A DNA stretch of 64,000 nt from a virus, in the IMG/VR virus record IMGVR_UViG_3300025838_000001, positions 1 through 64,000 of that record, one strand, 5' to 3'. Positions within the stretch are counted from its first letter, which is position 1. Every line of letters begins with the position of its first letter. The translations under genes and the position numbers were made by a program. Below, piece after piece: positions 36,119-46,863 of the stretch. The notes beneath the pieces are model-generated. The model had not been told where the DNA came from. It ran no database searches and saw nothing but the letters and a program-made list of their open reading frames with translations.

Positions 36119-39100
36119 TTACCTAGTCCTGATAACGATTTAATGAATTTACTTCCTCTTGGAGTCCCTTTAGTTGGACACTTGATCTTTAACACTCCTT
36201 CGTCTTTCATCTGTTTAATAACTTCTTCAGGCTTTCTGCCATAGCGTTCCTGTATCTTGTCATCGTGGATACCTGCATTTTCTTTCTGTTCTGCCTTAGC
36301 AGCTTCTTTAGGGTCAATCTTTTTTCCATCTTTATAAGCGCTTCCGTTATCAAAATCTTTTTCTTTCAGGTATTCAGCCTTAGCCTTCTCATTCCACTCC
36401 CCATTATTCTTATCAAGAACATCCATTAGCTTTAAAACTTTGCTATGGGTTATTACCGCTGTTTTATCATTGAGTCCCTTAATTTCTTCCTTGGCACCCT
36501 GTACCCTAGATAAAAATTCATTAAAACTTTCTCCACCGGCAGGTTTTTCGTCCGGATGGTTAACATAGTACTTCTCATCAAAAGAAGACGAAGGTGATCC
36601 TTCTTGGCCCGTCTTCCATTCGTTCAACTTCTCGTTCACGATAGCCTTACCACCAGTTTCTTTCACAACGGCTTCTCCTGTTTCTACAGACCGGTCAAGT
36701 CCCGAAGTAACCACATTCTCTATGCCTTGGGCTTTAAATTGCTTACCCAATTCTTTTGCCTGCTGTTTACCCTTCTCGTTCAAAGGTTCATTTTCTGCAC
36801 CGATAATACCTCTACGGTTAGCTTCTGTTTCTCCGTGACGGGCTATTACAGGAGAAGTTGCCGACTTTTCTTCTACCCCTTCTGGTGCTGGTTTCGCTTC
36901 CGGCTTAGGCTTGTCAAAATAGCCTTCAGCCTCCATCTTTTTGTATAAGGGGTCTGATATTTTATCCAGGTGCTTCTCTGCCGCTGTTTGTTTATCTGCA
37001 ATATCCCGTAATTGATCATCAATGTATTTTATTTTGTTTTTATAGGATTCGTGAAAGGCTTCATCTGAACCAGCCATTTCTTTCTCTAATTCCTGCTTCT
37101 TTTTTACCAGGTCAAAAGTCGCTATCCGTTGCTCACGACTAAAATCTGCCGGGTACTTCATTTGTAAGGCTTCCCCTACCTCTGACTTTAATTTGTGCAG
37201 GGCTATTTCGTTATAAGATTTATCTGTCTTAGCCAGTACCAAAGCGTCATCAATAGATCGTAATGTAGCCAGTGGATGTGCTTCTGCAGCCTGTATTACC
37301 ATAGCCCTTGCAGCATCTTTACTCCCGAAATTTGCTATTGAGTTAGTCACAGATGCCATAACCCCAAACATAAGTCCCTGTTTAAGCAAGTTTTCTGGGT
37401 CTAGCTGATCAGTATTAAAATTAGTTCCCTTAGTAGCATTTAGGTATGAGTTCATAGCGTAGTCGGCTAATCCATTAGCTGTTACTGCTGCTAGTCCATG
37501 GCCTCCACCTTCTACAAACTTTTTAAAGAAATCTACCAGCATGCTTTTATCTACCGTACCCTTCGCTACCAGATCAGATATTTCTTTATTGATTAAACCT
37601 CTATCTAGCATCTGTCCTTTAGGTACCAAAGACTGACTAAGAAGTAATGCTGTCCCACCTAAAACCCCTTTTAACCTAGCTTCGTTTTCTGTTAGCCCCT
37701 GTCCTCTAGCTTCTCGGTAATAATCGTTATATCCTGAAGTAAAGAACGGAGCACCCTCCCTCATTAAAAAAGATGGTAAGCCTGTAGCACCTTCACCACC
37801 CGTTGCAGCGGTTACTGCTATGTATGGTACCATTGAGCCTACAAATTCGGCTGTATTATCGGTAAAATTGGCAATAGAATTCCACACAGAACCTTTGGTA
37901 TCTCTTACCGGGGTACGTAAATCCCACTGGCCAGCTTTCTCTCTGGTTACCTCGTTTCCTATAGCTTCTTCAGTAAACCCTAACCCCCTCATAGCCCCTG
38001 CACGAAGATTCTCAACTGAGTTTTGAATACCCCGTACAAAAGTTTTTACTGCTGAAAATTTATCGCTTTTGTCATTTAGCTTATCCTGCTCTTTTTCTGC
38101 TTTCTTAACGCCAGGGAAATAATCCGGAAGCCTTTTCTGTAATTCGTATCCCTTAGCCTGCGTAGATAATAAATTCAAGGCCGCCTGACCCTCTTCTGTA
38201 CCAAGTAATTCTACGTCTTTTATGTGTTTTTTATACCTGTCCTGGTATTCGTTAGCCTGAATCTTAAAAGCATTTGATAGCGGAGAGTCTTTCATAGCCT
38301 CTACCGTTTTTGTAGTAAGTAGTACTTTAAGCCGGTTGTATTCTTTTTGATCAGGAGGTGTCACACTTTTAGGATCACGCATCATTTGTGCCTCTAGTTC
38401 ATGCAACCGGTCAAACTCTTTGGGCATCGTCTTATATAAATCAGCCTCTCCTGCCAGACGTATCTTAGCAGAAAGGTTATCCATATTCTGATTAAATTTA
38501 TCAGTATAGTCAACAAAATCATTTTGCTTTTGTATAGCATCCATGATAGACCACTCTGTATAATGTGGGGCTACACTTGATAACGGCTGGTCCATCTTAA
38601 AAGATTTTTCCAGTGCCTTCTGAGCCGCCTGCATACTACCTTCTTCAGTTAAATCTTGTCCGGTAAGGTATTCTGTCTGTTTTTTGAATTCAGACCATAA
38701 TTCAGGGTTATTAGCCATCAATTTTGTTACCCTGTAATTACCTGCCGACTCCATCTTTTTAAGCAGCCCTGTTGCTCGTATTGCCCCTTCGCTGTAATCT
38801 TTGCTGTTAGCATCTTTGTCCCAGAACTTTTTTATATCATCGGTAGGCACCTTAACTTTTAATCCGGTAACCGGATCTGTTTGTTCGGTAAAGCCTTCGT
38901 CTTTGAATTTAGTGCTATAAACAGTGATATCACCCTTCCCCTCTACTACAGAAGGTTTATTGTACCCCTGCCATGATAAATCACCCGTATCCGGGTCTTT
39001 TCGTAGTTGGATATAATTACCGGTCCAAGCCGGGTTTTTTACCCCTATTTTATCAAGGTAATCGCTTTTGTATCCCTTTGGTATTGGGATAATAACCCCT

Positions 39101-39510
39101 TCCTTTCTTTTATCCGCAGGTATATCGTATTTGCCAAAGAAGTCACGGTTAAACTCTTCTTTCTGTTTTTTTAGTTCTTTTTGTGCAGCATCATCAGGAG
39201 CCTGTATATCCGGTTGGGTATTGATAGAATTGACTACATCTGCCTTCTGGGCTATCATTCGGTTAGATAGCTGTTCGTCTGATTTTTTTACCCCTTGGTA
39301 GTTCTTTTTTTGATCAATAAGGTAATCGGCCATGGAGTTGCTAAGAAGTTCCCCATCATTTTTAGGCTTGCCGGCTTTGATCATTTCCTGTAACTCCATC
39401 TCATTTGGAGCAATAGTCCAAACGTCATTAACGTAATCAGCTTTGGGGCTAAATGGGATGCCTCCCTGTGATGGTGGTGGTAACGTTTCTGGTGTTTGGG
39501 TATCTGCCAT
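36115..39510 (-). CDS. Large virion-module protein (1131 aa) with embedded histidine-phosphatase (PGAM-type) domain
   Basis: VIARHGETEANRRG (RHG motif) ... GGESFNEF ... AVITHSKV, at about aa 888-1038 (nt 36397-36849). Confidence 0.65.
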   Translation of the reverse strand: MADTQTPETLPPPSQGGIPFSPKADYVNDVWTIAPNEMELQEMIKAGKPKNDGELLSNSMADYLIDQKKNYQGVKKSDEQLSNRMIAQKADVVNSINTQPDIQAPDDAAQKELKKQKEEFNRDFFGKYDIPADKRKEGVIIPIPKGYKSDYLDKIGVKNPAWTGNYIQLRKDPDTGDLSWQGYNKPSVVEGKGDITVYSTKFKDEGFTEQTDPVTGLKVKVPTDDIKKFWDKDANSKDYSEGAIRATGLLKKMESAGNYRVTKLMANNPELWSEFKKQTEYLTGQDLTEEGSMQAAQKALEKSFKMDQPLSSVAPHYTEWSIMDAIQKQNDFVDYTDKFNQNMDNLSAKIRLAGEADLYKTMPKEFDRLHELEAQMMRDPKSVTPPDQKEYNRLKVLLTTKTVEAMKDSPLSNAFKIQANEYQDRYKKHIKDVELLGTEEGQAALNLLSTQAKGYELQKRLPDYFPGVKKAEKEQDKLNDKSDKFSAVKTFVRGIQNSVENLRAGAMRGLGFTEEAIGNEVTREKAGQWDLRTPVRDTKGSVWNSIANFTDNTAEFVGSMVPYIAVTAATGGEGATGLPSFLMREGAPFFTSGYNDYYREARGQGLTENEARLKGVLGGTALLLSQSLVPKGQMLDRGLINKEISDLVAKGTVDKSMLVDFFKKFVEGGGHGLAAVTANGLADYAMNSYLNATKGTNFNTDQLDPENLLKQGLMFGVMASVTNSIANFGSKDAARAMVIQAAEAHPLATLRSIDDALVLAKTDKSYNEIALHKLKSEVGEALQMKYPADFSREQRIATFDLVKKKQELEKEMAGSDEAFHESYKNKIKYIDDQLRDIADKQTAAEKHLDKISDPLYKKMEAEGYFDKPKPEAKPAPEGVEEKSATSPVIARHGETEANRRGIIGAENEPLNEKGKQQAKELGKQFKAQGIENVVTSGLDRSVETGEAVVKETGGKAIVNEKLNEWKTGQEGSPSSSFDEKYYVNHPDEKPAGGESFNEFLSRVQGAKEEIKGLNDKTAVITHSKVLKLMDVLDKNNGEWNEKAKAEYLKEKDFDNGSAYKDGKKIDPKEAAKAEQKENAGIHDDKIQERYGRKPEEVIKQMKDEGVLKIKCPTKGTPRGSKFIKSLSGLGK

Positions 39511-39539
39511 AGATGTGAAAATCTTAGATAAAAATAAGA

Positions 39540-41192
39540 CTATTCTTCTTCATCTTGTGACAGAGCTTGTAAGTTGCTGATATAATTGGGATTCTGCCGT
39601 GACATTTGAGCAGCCTTCTTGCTATTTACTATGTTGGAAATAATAGAATGGAACTGAGATCCGTCATTAGTAGCCGGGTTAGCAAATATGGGGTTAACTA
39701 CAATCTTCTGACCGGTTCCAAATTGATCTGCCTGGTATTTTTTGCTTATAAATACAGGGATGCCATAACGGTTAACATCATCAATTTTAATGTTTTGACC
39801 GTATGTTTCATTGATTTTGTCAATAATATGCTGGACTCCTTTATTGCGATCATCCCCTACCGGCTCGGTAATAAGTTCTTCCCTTTCCGCAGAGCCAAGG
39901 TTGGGAAGCAGTTTTTCTACAATACTCCTTCTGGCATCTTTGCTAACCAAATTGAATCGGTTCAACTGTATAGCTTCAACGTTTTTAGGATTATTCCCGG
40001 CAATAGCCTGTATGCCAGAATTCAATATTTCTGAACCAGATAAAGACATGGTTTTACCATCCTTCATTTTGATAGAAAATGTCTGAGTAGGATTCTTTGC
40101 AGCATTATAAAGAATATCTGTATTTACCTGATCAGGTTCTTCTCCTTTCCTTTTAAGAGCATTGCTCAGGTATATATTGCTAACCCGTCCTTTCTGCAAC
40201 TTATCAGCCATCATTATCTTAAACGCCTCATCTTTCTGGCGTTTATATTCAGGGTCTTCACGATAATTTTTGCTGCCTAAATCTTTAGACTCGGTTTTCA
40301 ATATATTTCTAGCCGTTTCATACCCTATATAATCGTTTGTCAGCTTTGGTTTTACTTTATCATCCGCTGTTGCATCAATAATTTTTTGGGCTTTTTCGAT
40401 AGTGTTTTGAACCACCTCTGGTCTGTCTTTCATATCGGCAGTGTAGTTCAACTGGGCGCCTGCACGAATATCATAAACTCCACGCAAATACTTAGACGTT
40501 TCAGATGCTACCTGAGCTGGCGAGTTGGGGTATTTTGTCATTATTCTGTCTTGCCTGGCTATAACTTGTCCGTTAGCATTTTTAACTTCTTCGGTATGGC
40601 TATATTCTTTTGGTGCACCAATTACATTTTTTTCGTAATCTGCCTTAGAGTAAAGATCCGGTGGCAGCGTCCAAGGAATAGGAGTATCTAACCCCTTTTT
40701 AGAAATATCAGCATAGTAAGTGTTGTCGTACTCGTTGAATATTGGGTTTAGCTCTTCCTGTGACTTAAACCCAACACCTTTGGCCTTAAAAATGTCATTT
40801 ACAATATCATTTTTCCTTTTAACGGCAGCTTTGCTTCCTTCGGCTATAGTAATAGCTTCCATGTAAGCATCGTTCTTTTTTTGAGTCCACTGAGCCAATA
40901 ATTTTGGATTCTTTTGTACATCAGGGGATGCTGCTACTAAAGCTGCATTAGTAAATTTATCTGCCGCCTCTTTAAATTTGGGTATTTCAATAGCTCTTAT
41001 TCCTTTTTGCGCTTCTGCAACTTCAAGAGAACTTTTAGCCACCGCATCCCTGATCATCTTCTGGTTAGTCAGGTCTTCCTGGTGTATAGAGTTGACTGTA
41101 TTATAAAAATTCTCCCAATGGTTTATATGGGCGTAACCCTCACCTGCCTTAGTGGCTACATTTAACCCTGAAAAATTGCTATTTGATGCCAT
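39540..41192 (-). CDS. Virion-module hypothetical protein (550 aa)
   Basis: ORF track. Confidence 0.65.
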   Translation of the reverse strand: MASNSNFSGLNVATKAGEGYAHINHWENFYNTVNSIHQEDLTNQKMIRDAVAKSSLEVAEAQKGIRAIEIPKFKEAADKFTNAALVAASPDVQKNPKLLAQWTQKKNDAYMEAITIAEGSKAAVKRKNDIVNDIFKAKGVGFKSQEELNPIFNEYDNTYYADISKKGLDTPIPWTLPPDLYSKADYEKNVIGAPKEYSHTEEVKNANGQVIARQDRIMTKYPNSPAQVASETSKYLRGVYDIRAGAQLNYTADMKDRPEVVQNTIEKAQKIIDATADDKVKPKLTNDYIGYETARNILKTESKDLGSKNYREDPEYKRQKDEAFKIMMADKLQKGRVSNIYLSNALKRKGEEPDQVNTDILYNAAKNPTQTFSIKMKDGKTMSLSGSEILNSGIQAIAGNNPKNVEAIQLNRFNLVSKDARRSIVEKLLPNLGSAEREELITEPVGDDRNKGVQHIIDKINETYGQNIKIDDVNRYGIPVFISKKYQADQFGTGQKIVVNPIFANPATNDGSQFHSIISNIVNSKKAAQMSRQNPNYISNLQALSQDEEE

Positions 41193-41207
41193 TGTTTTGT
41201 ATTAAAT

Positions 41208-41837
41208 CTAGCTTGCAGGATTAGCTACAGATGCTAGGTTAGAACCCATATTACCCATCTTTCCGAGACCACCCAACAACTTACTCAAAAACCCTGTTTT
41301 CTGGTTTCCGGTTAACAATCCTCCAAGAATTTCTCCTGTTCCCTGGTTTCCTTCTTCTGCTCCGGCTCCCTGCAGGGCTCTGATAGCGGCTGCGTTTTCT
41401 TCGTATCGCTGTCTCTCATTGTAATCCCATACCTTATCTTTCCACTGGGCAGTAATATCGCTACGGGTAGCCAGATTCTTGATATTAGCGACTCTTTGTT
41501 CTGCACTAGCGACATTGAGTTTATTGGTAGCATCATTTGTTTGTTGTTGTACAGCCCCAACGGTAGCCAGCGCTGATCTACGATCTCCGGAAGCAGCTAT
41601 AGCTGTCTGAGCATTTTTAGCTATTTCTTGCTGTGCCTGGTTATATTCTGCAGCCGGTAATCCTTCGTTAGATAGTTGTTCTGCCTTAGCCTGAGCAGCT
41701 AGTACCTCAGCGGGTACAGTTTCTACAGGTCTAGGGTTATCAGCCATGAGTTGATCAGCCTTTTTCTTCTTGAAAATGCCGGATATCTTATCATACACAC
41801 CTATACCGAGTTCTGCGACTGAAACTGGGTCTATCAT
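41208..41837 (-). CDS. Virion-module hypothetical protein (209 aa, A/Q-rich helical)
   Basis: ORF track. Confidence 0.6.
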   Translation of the reverse strand: MIDPVSVAELGIGVYDKISGIFKKKKADQLMADNPRPVETVPAEVLAAQAKAEQLSNEGLPAAEYNQAQQEIAKNAQTAIAASGDRRSALATVGAVQQQTNDATNKLNVASAEQRVANIKNLATRSDITAQWKDKVWDYNERQRYEENAAAIRALQGAGAEEGNQGTGEILGGLLTGNQKTGFLSKLLGGLGKMGNMGSNLASVANPAS

Positions 41838-41880
41838 AAATAATTTTTTACATGGTAAAAGTAACGAAAAATATATGACT

Positions 41881-44800
41881 CTATAGTACCTTCTGTGACA
41901 CCCTATAATTCACGAATGGAGAATACATCCAGGTAAAACCATAAGTGTTACACTGTAAGTGCATCTGCAACCACAGCCCCTTGAGGTAATCACCGCTAAC
42001 TATATCATATATATTATAAACATTACTATAAACAGCGTTTCTCCAAAATCCGGAGTAATAGAAGTTCTCCCTAGCATCAAAGTTCTGGTACACCAAAGCG
42101 CTCTGCTGGCCAAGAGAAGTCTTTATATGCCCAACTGTTGGTGATTCCCAGATTGGTACCGTTGGAGGTAATAAGTTCTGTATAGGGGAAGTGTAACCTA
42201 CTGAACTGAATTCTTTTTTAATATTTGGCTGATCACTACCAAATACCAGGTCAATAGAAGGTTTGTACTGGGTGCCAAAGAAGTTTGCGTTGGTAGATGT
42301 GTTATCCTGTACAAATACCCGTCCATTCCAAAACATAAACAGTTTGTTGCCAGCACAGATTATTTGATCACAGTTATAATCATAAAAACTACCAAACTGA
42401 TTTTCTTCTTCATCCCACGATAAAGTATACGGTGTTTTATCGGATGCCCCCTGAAGCATAAAAATAACTTCCGGGTGTCGGTCTTTGAGATAATTAATTG
42501 TCCCTAGCAATTTAGCCTTACCCCCAAACTGGTAGCTGCTATCGGTATTATACGCTGATATATTAGCCCCGGCCCATGTCTGCATGTGGTAAAGATCACT
42601 AATAGGAGTAATGCCATCTTGGCTCAACCGGCACAGGTACCCTTTATTTACATAATAAAACCAATCCACATTTCCGGAAGATATAATACCTCCCGGCTGA
42701 TTGCCTAGTCCAAAATCACCTATGTAATACTGGATATTATTTGGTGTGATAATAGCATCTGTCGTTACCAGGTTATTATTGCCTTGCTGATCTTTAATAT
42801 ACCTAGCATAAATACCTGTCACACCCACTCGTATCTGCTGGTATATCCTCAGTTCCCGCTGGTGCACAATCATACGGACTATTGACCCAAAATCCTTAGA
42901 GAACTCATCCTGGTTCTCAGGGAAAAAGTAACTCATCCCATTTATATTTGTGTCGGGTTCGTATGGACGGCTGAATCTAAATAAAACACCGTTAGTTATT
43001 TGCTTTGCATTAGGATCATAAACAGATGGTCTACCGTTGCTGTTTATTTTCATGCTATACACATCACTAAAGCTGGTTTCGTAAATAGGTATTGTTACAG
43101 ATTCTATAACATCAAGAATAAGGTTTGTTGATCCTATTTGTTGGTTTACAAAGTTTGAAGCGTTTGTTATGATTATTTTCAGGTGGTTAAGAGGTGGTAT
43201 GGTTATGTACGAATCCACTACAATATTATAGCTTGTTCCAGAAACCATAGAAACCCCATTATTGGCTACCACTGAAGTATAAGCACCACTAGAAGCTACT
43301 GCCTGTAAAATTACCCCGGTAGACGTTTGCCCATTTGCATCAAGGGAAACGGGTACACTCATCCTTACCCTTACCGTTATTGGTGTGGTTGATGATAAGT
43401 TAAGGAAAGGCGAGTTTGCCGAAGTATAATCACCAGGATAAAGCGTATTTGAAGACGTTTGGTTGGCTGTCTGTACAGTATAAAGACTGTTTGTAATAGG
43501 AGAAGTACCTCCATTTAACGTCCAGCCGAGGCTTATATACCCAAAACCGTTAGAATAGTGAGCAGAAGTAAGAGAATAGCTTTGCCCGATAGGCACAGTC
43601 CGAGTTCTGTTAAAATAATCTCCATTCATTATGCCTATTAGTGCCGGCTGGCTAGATACCCCACCTGATACGACCTGACTTTGTTCAATACCTATGTGAT
43701 ATGCTGTTGCTGTGCCCGCATTACCAATACCATAACACCGGCCAAACTCGAAGTAAGTCTGGTTGTTATCTACAGCGTGTTTTGTATACCCATAAACCTG
43801 TATCTGGTAAGACATGAAGTTTTGGGTTCCATCAAACTTGAAGTTTGAAGTGATATCTGCTGTAGGATAGTATATTTTAATGAATGTTCCGGTCTTCACT
43901 ATCCCGTTAATGATTACGCTATTAACTGTCCCAAGTACTTCATAGTCATAAACTGCCCCCAATGTAGCGGTAGAGGAGTCTGCGTTAAACCTTCCATAAA
44001 TACGTACTCGATCACCAGGGGTAAATGAATAGCTTACCACGCCTTCACTTGCCTGTATTTGATCATTGTATTGATTGATATTATCAATTTCCAAGTAAGC
44101 GTAACGTAACCCCAAAATATTAGCCTGAGCATCTGAGAAAGCTCCGTTTGTTACCCAGAAAAGGTTATTTGCATAGGTAAGGTTTGGTGATCTTACTATC
44201 TGATAATACACAGCCCATGATGGAGGTAAGTGACCTATTGACATGGAAGCGTATATCATATTACCATTATTGGCAGGTGTGGTAAAAGAACCTCCCGCTG
44301 AAACAATAGCACCGTTTGTCTTACCGTAGGCATCAAAATACATGATACCATAGTTATAGTTAGACTGAGGCTGTAATTGATATGTTGCTGTGTTAAAGTT
44401 AGCACCACCTCCTCCTGTCTTAGTACCGCTGGTAAGCAGGGTAATAGCAGATGGGTAACTCATTGTCAATACGTTGCCAACTAAGGAAACCTGAGTCCAT
44501 CCATTAGCAACTAAGTTAGTAGATACACCAGCAAGTCCCGTAGCGACTACCAACGAATCCGACCCGTTATTATAAGTCATCCCCTTCGCTGTATTTGAGC
44601 CGTCTACACAGTTAATAAAGAAAAGTGCCTGAGCATTATTTAGTGTAGTAACAGCACCGGCAGTATTGGTACCTGTACCAAATAAATATATTTTCATTGT
44701 GGTACCCTGAGCACCGCTATCAACGCCACTGATAGTAGCAAAGAAAAGTAACCCATTAAAGTCGAACATGTACTGGCCAGACAGGTAATTTGGCGTTACC

Positions 44801-45840
44801 GATAGTACCGGAGTCACAGGATCATAACCCTCTGTAATATTTCCGTAAGCAATTACGTTACCATTAAGTAACGCCTGGGTACCTGCTTTTTGTGGAACCA
44901 ATGACTGTAAAAGAACCTGTTCTTCCTCTAAAATTGGTATGTAGTTGCTGTCATTGTAAAACTTAAACCAATAAATATCGTTGTCGGCTAAGGATAAGTT
45001 AGCCTTGATAAAACTAGAAATAAGAAAATAGGAACTCACTACCCCGTCTTTTACATATCGGAAAGCCACCTCAATCTGGGTAACATTGCTAGGCCCCGTT
45101 GGTATAAATATCGATATGCGAGAATTTAGTGTATAATCGCTTTGGGCTAACTGCAATGATGGCTGGTTAGGCAGCGGGACAATACTCGCAGTGCTCCATA
45201 CAGACTTATCGTTATCGTCATACCAATACCGGTAAATAAACTGAAAAAGGCTATTGCGAAGGTTATTGCTGTTTACAGTAGTGTCGTTCTCATAGGTGCA
45301 CTTAATAGGCATCTGAGGTGGTGCTTTGGCCACATCAATATAAGAACGCACTATCGGGTTGTAAGTGCCGGCTAAAAATCTGTTTACATTAATCTTAGTC
45401 GGACGTAAAAGGCTGTCACAGAAATAAATAATATCTCCTATGGTTGAATCTCCATAAAAGATATCAACCGAATCAATGGTGACGGTGGCTAAAAACCCTA
45501 ACGGATCTCCTGTCGTATTAACCCCAGTTTGTATCAGGGTGTTAATTGACTCATCGTTGTTTATAATATAAATACCATGGTATCCGGCACTATTAAAGTT
45601 GAAATAAAAAACCCTCTTTTTAACAGAATCCCAGTAACGGCCAATACACACATTAGTACCCGTTGCCGGTAAAGACGAGTTGATTATCTCCCTTGTGCCA
45701 GGTATGATCTCTGCTCTTTTGTTACCCTTTGGACCTTTGAAAATAATATTCCTTGCCGTCTTGTGACGACCAGGAACCCACACCTCATTAGGCGTGTCGT
45801 AGTCCATGTAGCCTAAAAGCTGCAGAGCCTGTGTTGGCAT
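41881..45840 (-). CDS. Very large beta-rich virion protein (1319 aa; tail/adsorption apparatus candidate)
   Basis: Long ORF; N/S/T/G/Y-rich beta-type composition. Confidence 0.65.
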   Translation of the reverse strand: MPTQALQLLGYMDYDTPNEVWVPGRHKTARNIIFKGPKGNKRAEIIPGTREIINSSLPATGTNVCIGRYWDSVKKRVFYFNFNSAGYHGIYIINNDESINTLIQTGVNTTGDPLGFLATVTIDSVDIFYGDSTIGDIIYFCDSLLRPTKINVNRFLAGTYNPIVRSYIDVAKAPPQMPIKCTYENDTTVNSNNLRNSLFQFIYRYWYDDNDKSVWSTASIVPLPNQPSLQLAQSDYTLNSRISIFIPTGPSNVTQIEVAFRYVKDGVVSSYFLISSFIKANLSLADNDIYWFKFYNDSNYIPILEEEQVLLQSLVPQKAGTQALLNGNVIAYGNITEGYDPVTPVLSVTPNYLSGQYMFDFNGLLFFATISGVDSGAQGTTMKIYLFGTGTNTAGAVTTLNNAQALFFINCVDGSNTAKGMTYNNGSDSLVVATGLAGVSTNLVANGWTQVSLVGNVLTMSYPSAITLLTSGTKTGGGGANFNTATYQLQPQSNYNYGIMYFDAYGKTNGAIVSAGGSFTTPANNGNMIYASMSIGHLPPSWAVYYQIVRSPNLTYANNLFWVTNGAFSDAQANILGLRYAYLEIDNINQYNDQIQASEGVVSYSFTPGDRVRIYGRFNADSSTATLGAVYDYEVLGTVNSVIINGIVKTGTFIKIYYPTADITSNFKFDGTQNFMSYQIQVYGYTKHAVDNNQTYFEFGRCYGIGNAGTATAYHIGIEQSQVVSGGVSSQPALIGIMNGDYFNRTRTVPIGQSYSLTSAHYSNGFGYISLGWTLNGGTSPITNSLYTVQTANQTSSNTLYPGDYTSANSPFLNLSSTTPITVRVRMSVPVSLDANGQTSTGVILQAVASSGAYTSVVANNGVSMVSGTSYNIVVDSYITIPPLNHLKIIITNASNFVNQQIGSTNLILDVIESVTIPIYETSFSDVYSMKINSNGRPSVYDPNAKQITNGVLFRFSRPYEPDTNINGMSYFFPENQDEFSKDFGSIVRMIVHQRELRIYQQIRVGVTGIYARYIKDQQGNNNLVTTDAIITPNNIQYYIGDFGLGNQPGGIISSGNVDWFYYVNKGYLCRLSQDGITPISDLYHMQTWAGANISAYNTDSSYQFGGKAKLLGTINYLKDRHPEVIFMLQGASDKTPYTLSWDEEENQFGSFYDYNCDQIICAGNKLFMFWNGRVFVQDNTSTNANFFGTQYKPSIDLVFGSDQPNIKKEFSSVGYTSPIQNLLPPTVPIWESPTVGHIKTSLGQQSALVYQNFDARENFYYSGFWRNAVYSNVYNIYDIVSGDYLKGLWLQMHLQCNTYGFTWMYSPFVNYRVSQKVL

Positions 45841-46043
45841 TATAGATGCACTAAGTTGGTTACAGTTAAATTACCTGCGTTGTCAAATGTTCCCAATGCG
45901 GTATAGTTGCCATTCTGGTTGTCTACACCCGTTAAGTTCCATATAACACCGTTGTTATTTGGATCTGTATAGGATGTTGTAAACGAAAATGTAATGAACA
46001 ACTGTCCACCATTGTACGACATAATAAGTGTTACTTTATTCAT
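45840..46043 (-). CDS. Small virion-module protein (67 aa)
   Basis: ORF track; overlapping stop/start with the downstream gene. Confidence 0.5.
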   Translation of the reverse strand: MNKVTLIMSYNGGQLFITFSFTTSYTDPNNNGVIWNLTGVDNQNGNYTALGTFDNAGNLTVTNLVHL

Positions 46044-46046
46044 GAT

Positions 46047-46832
46047 TTAGCCTTTTACTCCGTATAAAAATGATTGTCTGTAATATTGTTCTGCTTCTGC
46101 AATATTGAATGGTCTGTACATCTTCTTAGCCAATTTCAACTGAGACGCAAAAGTTTTAGCCCTCATGGCCACATTGTTATTATTCACATGTCCGGTAGAT
46201 GGTAAGTTAGATATATCTTGGTAAGCCAGCCACGCAATCATAGCCTCTTCATATTGCATGGGTATCTCGTAATCAAATGACTGTGACGGTGATCTCAGAT
46301 ACATAAGGTATACAAACTGAAACTGGTAGTTTGTATTAAGTAGTATCACTCGATTAAGCTCATCCACATTAAACTCTCCCGGTTGTAGCAACTGACTACC
46401 AGCGCCAAACTCCGGGTTAGGGTTAAATGAATTATCGTAATTGGACCCATAGAAACCTTCTCCGTTAAACCAGTATGGTCCCAACAAAGCAGCCTGAGTC
46501 TCAGGGGTAAGATCATTTACCCTGTTTGGTCCGTTATCCCGATAGCTGTTTAAGTTAAGATTTCTCGCTAGTGTCTGGAACTCTCCCCGGCTATTGGTCG
46601 TGCCTACCTTAACCCATTTGATGCAATCACCTGGTAAACTAGCCGTCATGTTAGCGTTTACAATCAATTTAGTAGTCCTTGGCTCCCAAAAACCATTCAA
46701 ACCCATCTGCTTAAAACCACGAAAACAGATACGCCATAGTCTCAAAAACTCCGCTTCGCTCTTCTTAGCAGACTCACTGTAAGAATACACGACATCTCTC
46801 AGCTTTATGGTTTGATTAACAGGAGCCGGCAT
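46047..46832 (-). CDS. Virion-module hypothetical protein (261 aa)
   Basis: ORF track. Confidence 0.6.
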   Translation of the reverse strand: MPAPVNQTIKLRDVVYSYSESAKKSEAEFLRLWRICFRGFKQMGLNGFWEPRTTKLIVNANMTASLPGDCIKWVKVGTTNSRGEFQTLARNLNLNSYRDNGPNRVNDLTPETQAALLGPYWFNGEGFYGSNYDNSFNPNPEFGAGSQLLQPGEFNVDELNRVILLNTNYQFQFVYLMYLRSPSQSFDYEIPMQYEEAMIAWLAYQDISNLPSTGHVNNNNVAMRAKTFASQLKLAKKMYRPFNIAEAEQYYRQSFLYGVKG

Positions 46833-46863
46833 GATGCTTATTTTTGCACTAAATTAATGATTT

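Noticed and set aside
41312-41560. Nested same-strand and opposite-strand small ORFs inside large virion genes (e.g. 41312-41560, 48496-48738, 49627-49857, 20761-21003, 21103-21300, 24092-24319)
   Set aside because: All lie fully inside longer, better-supported ORFs in other frames. There is no independent start context.
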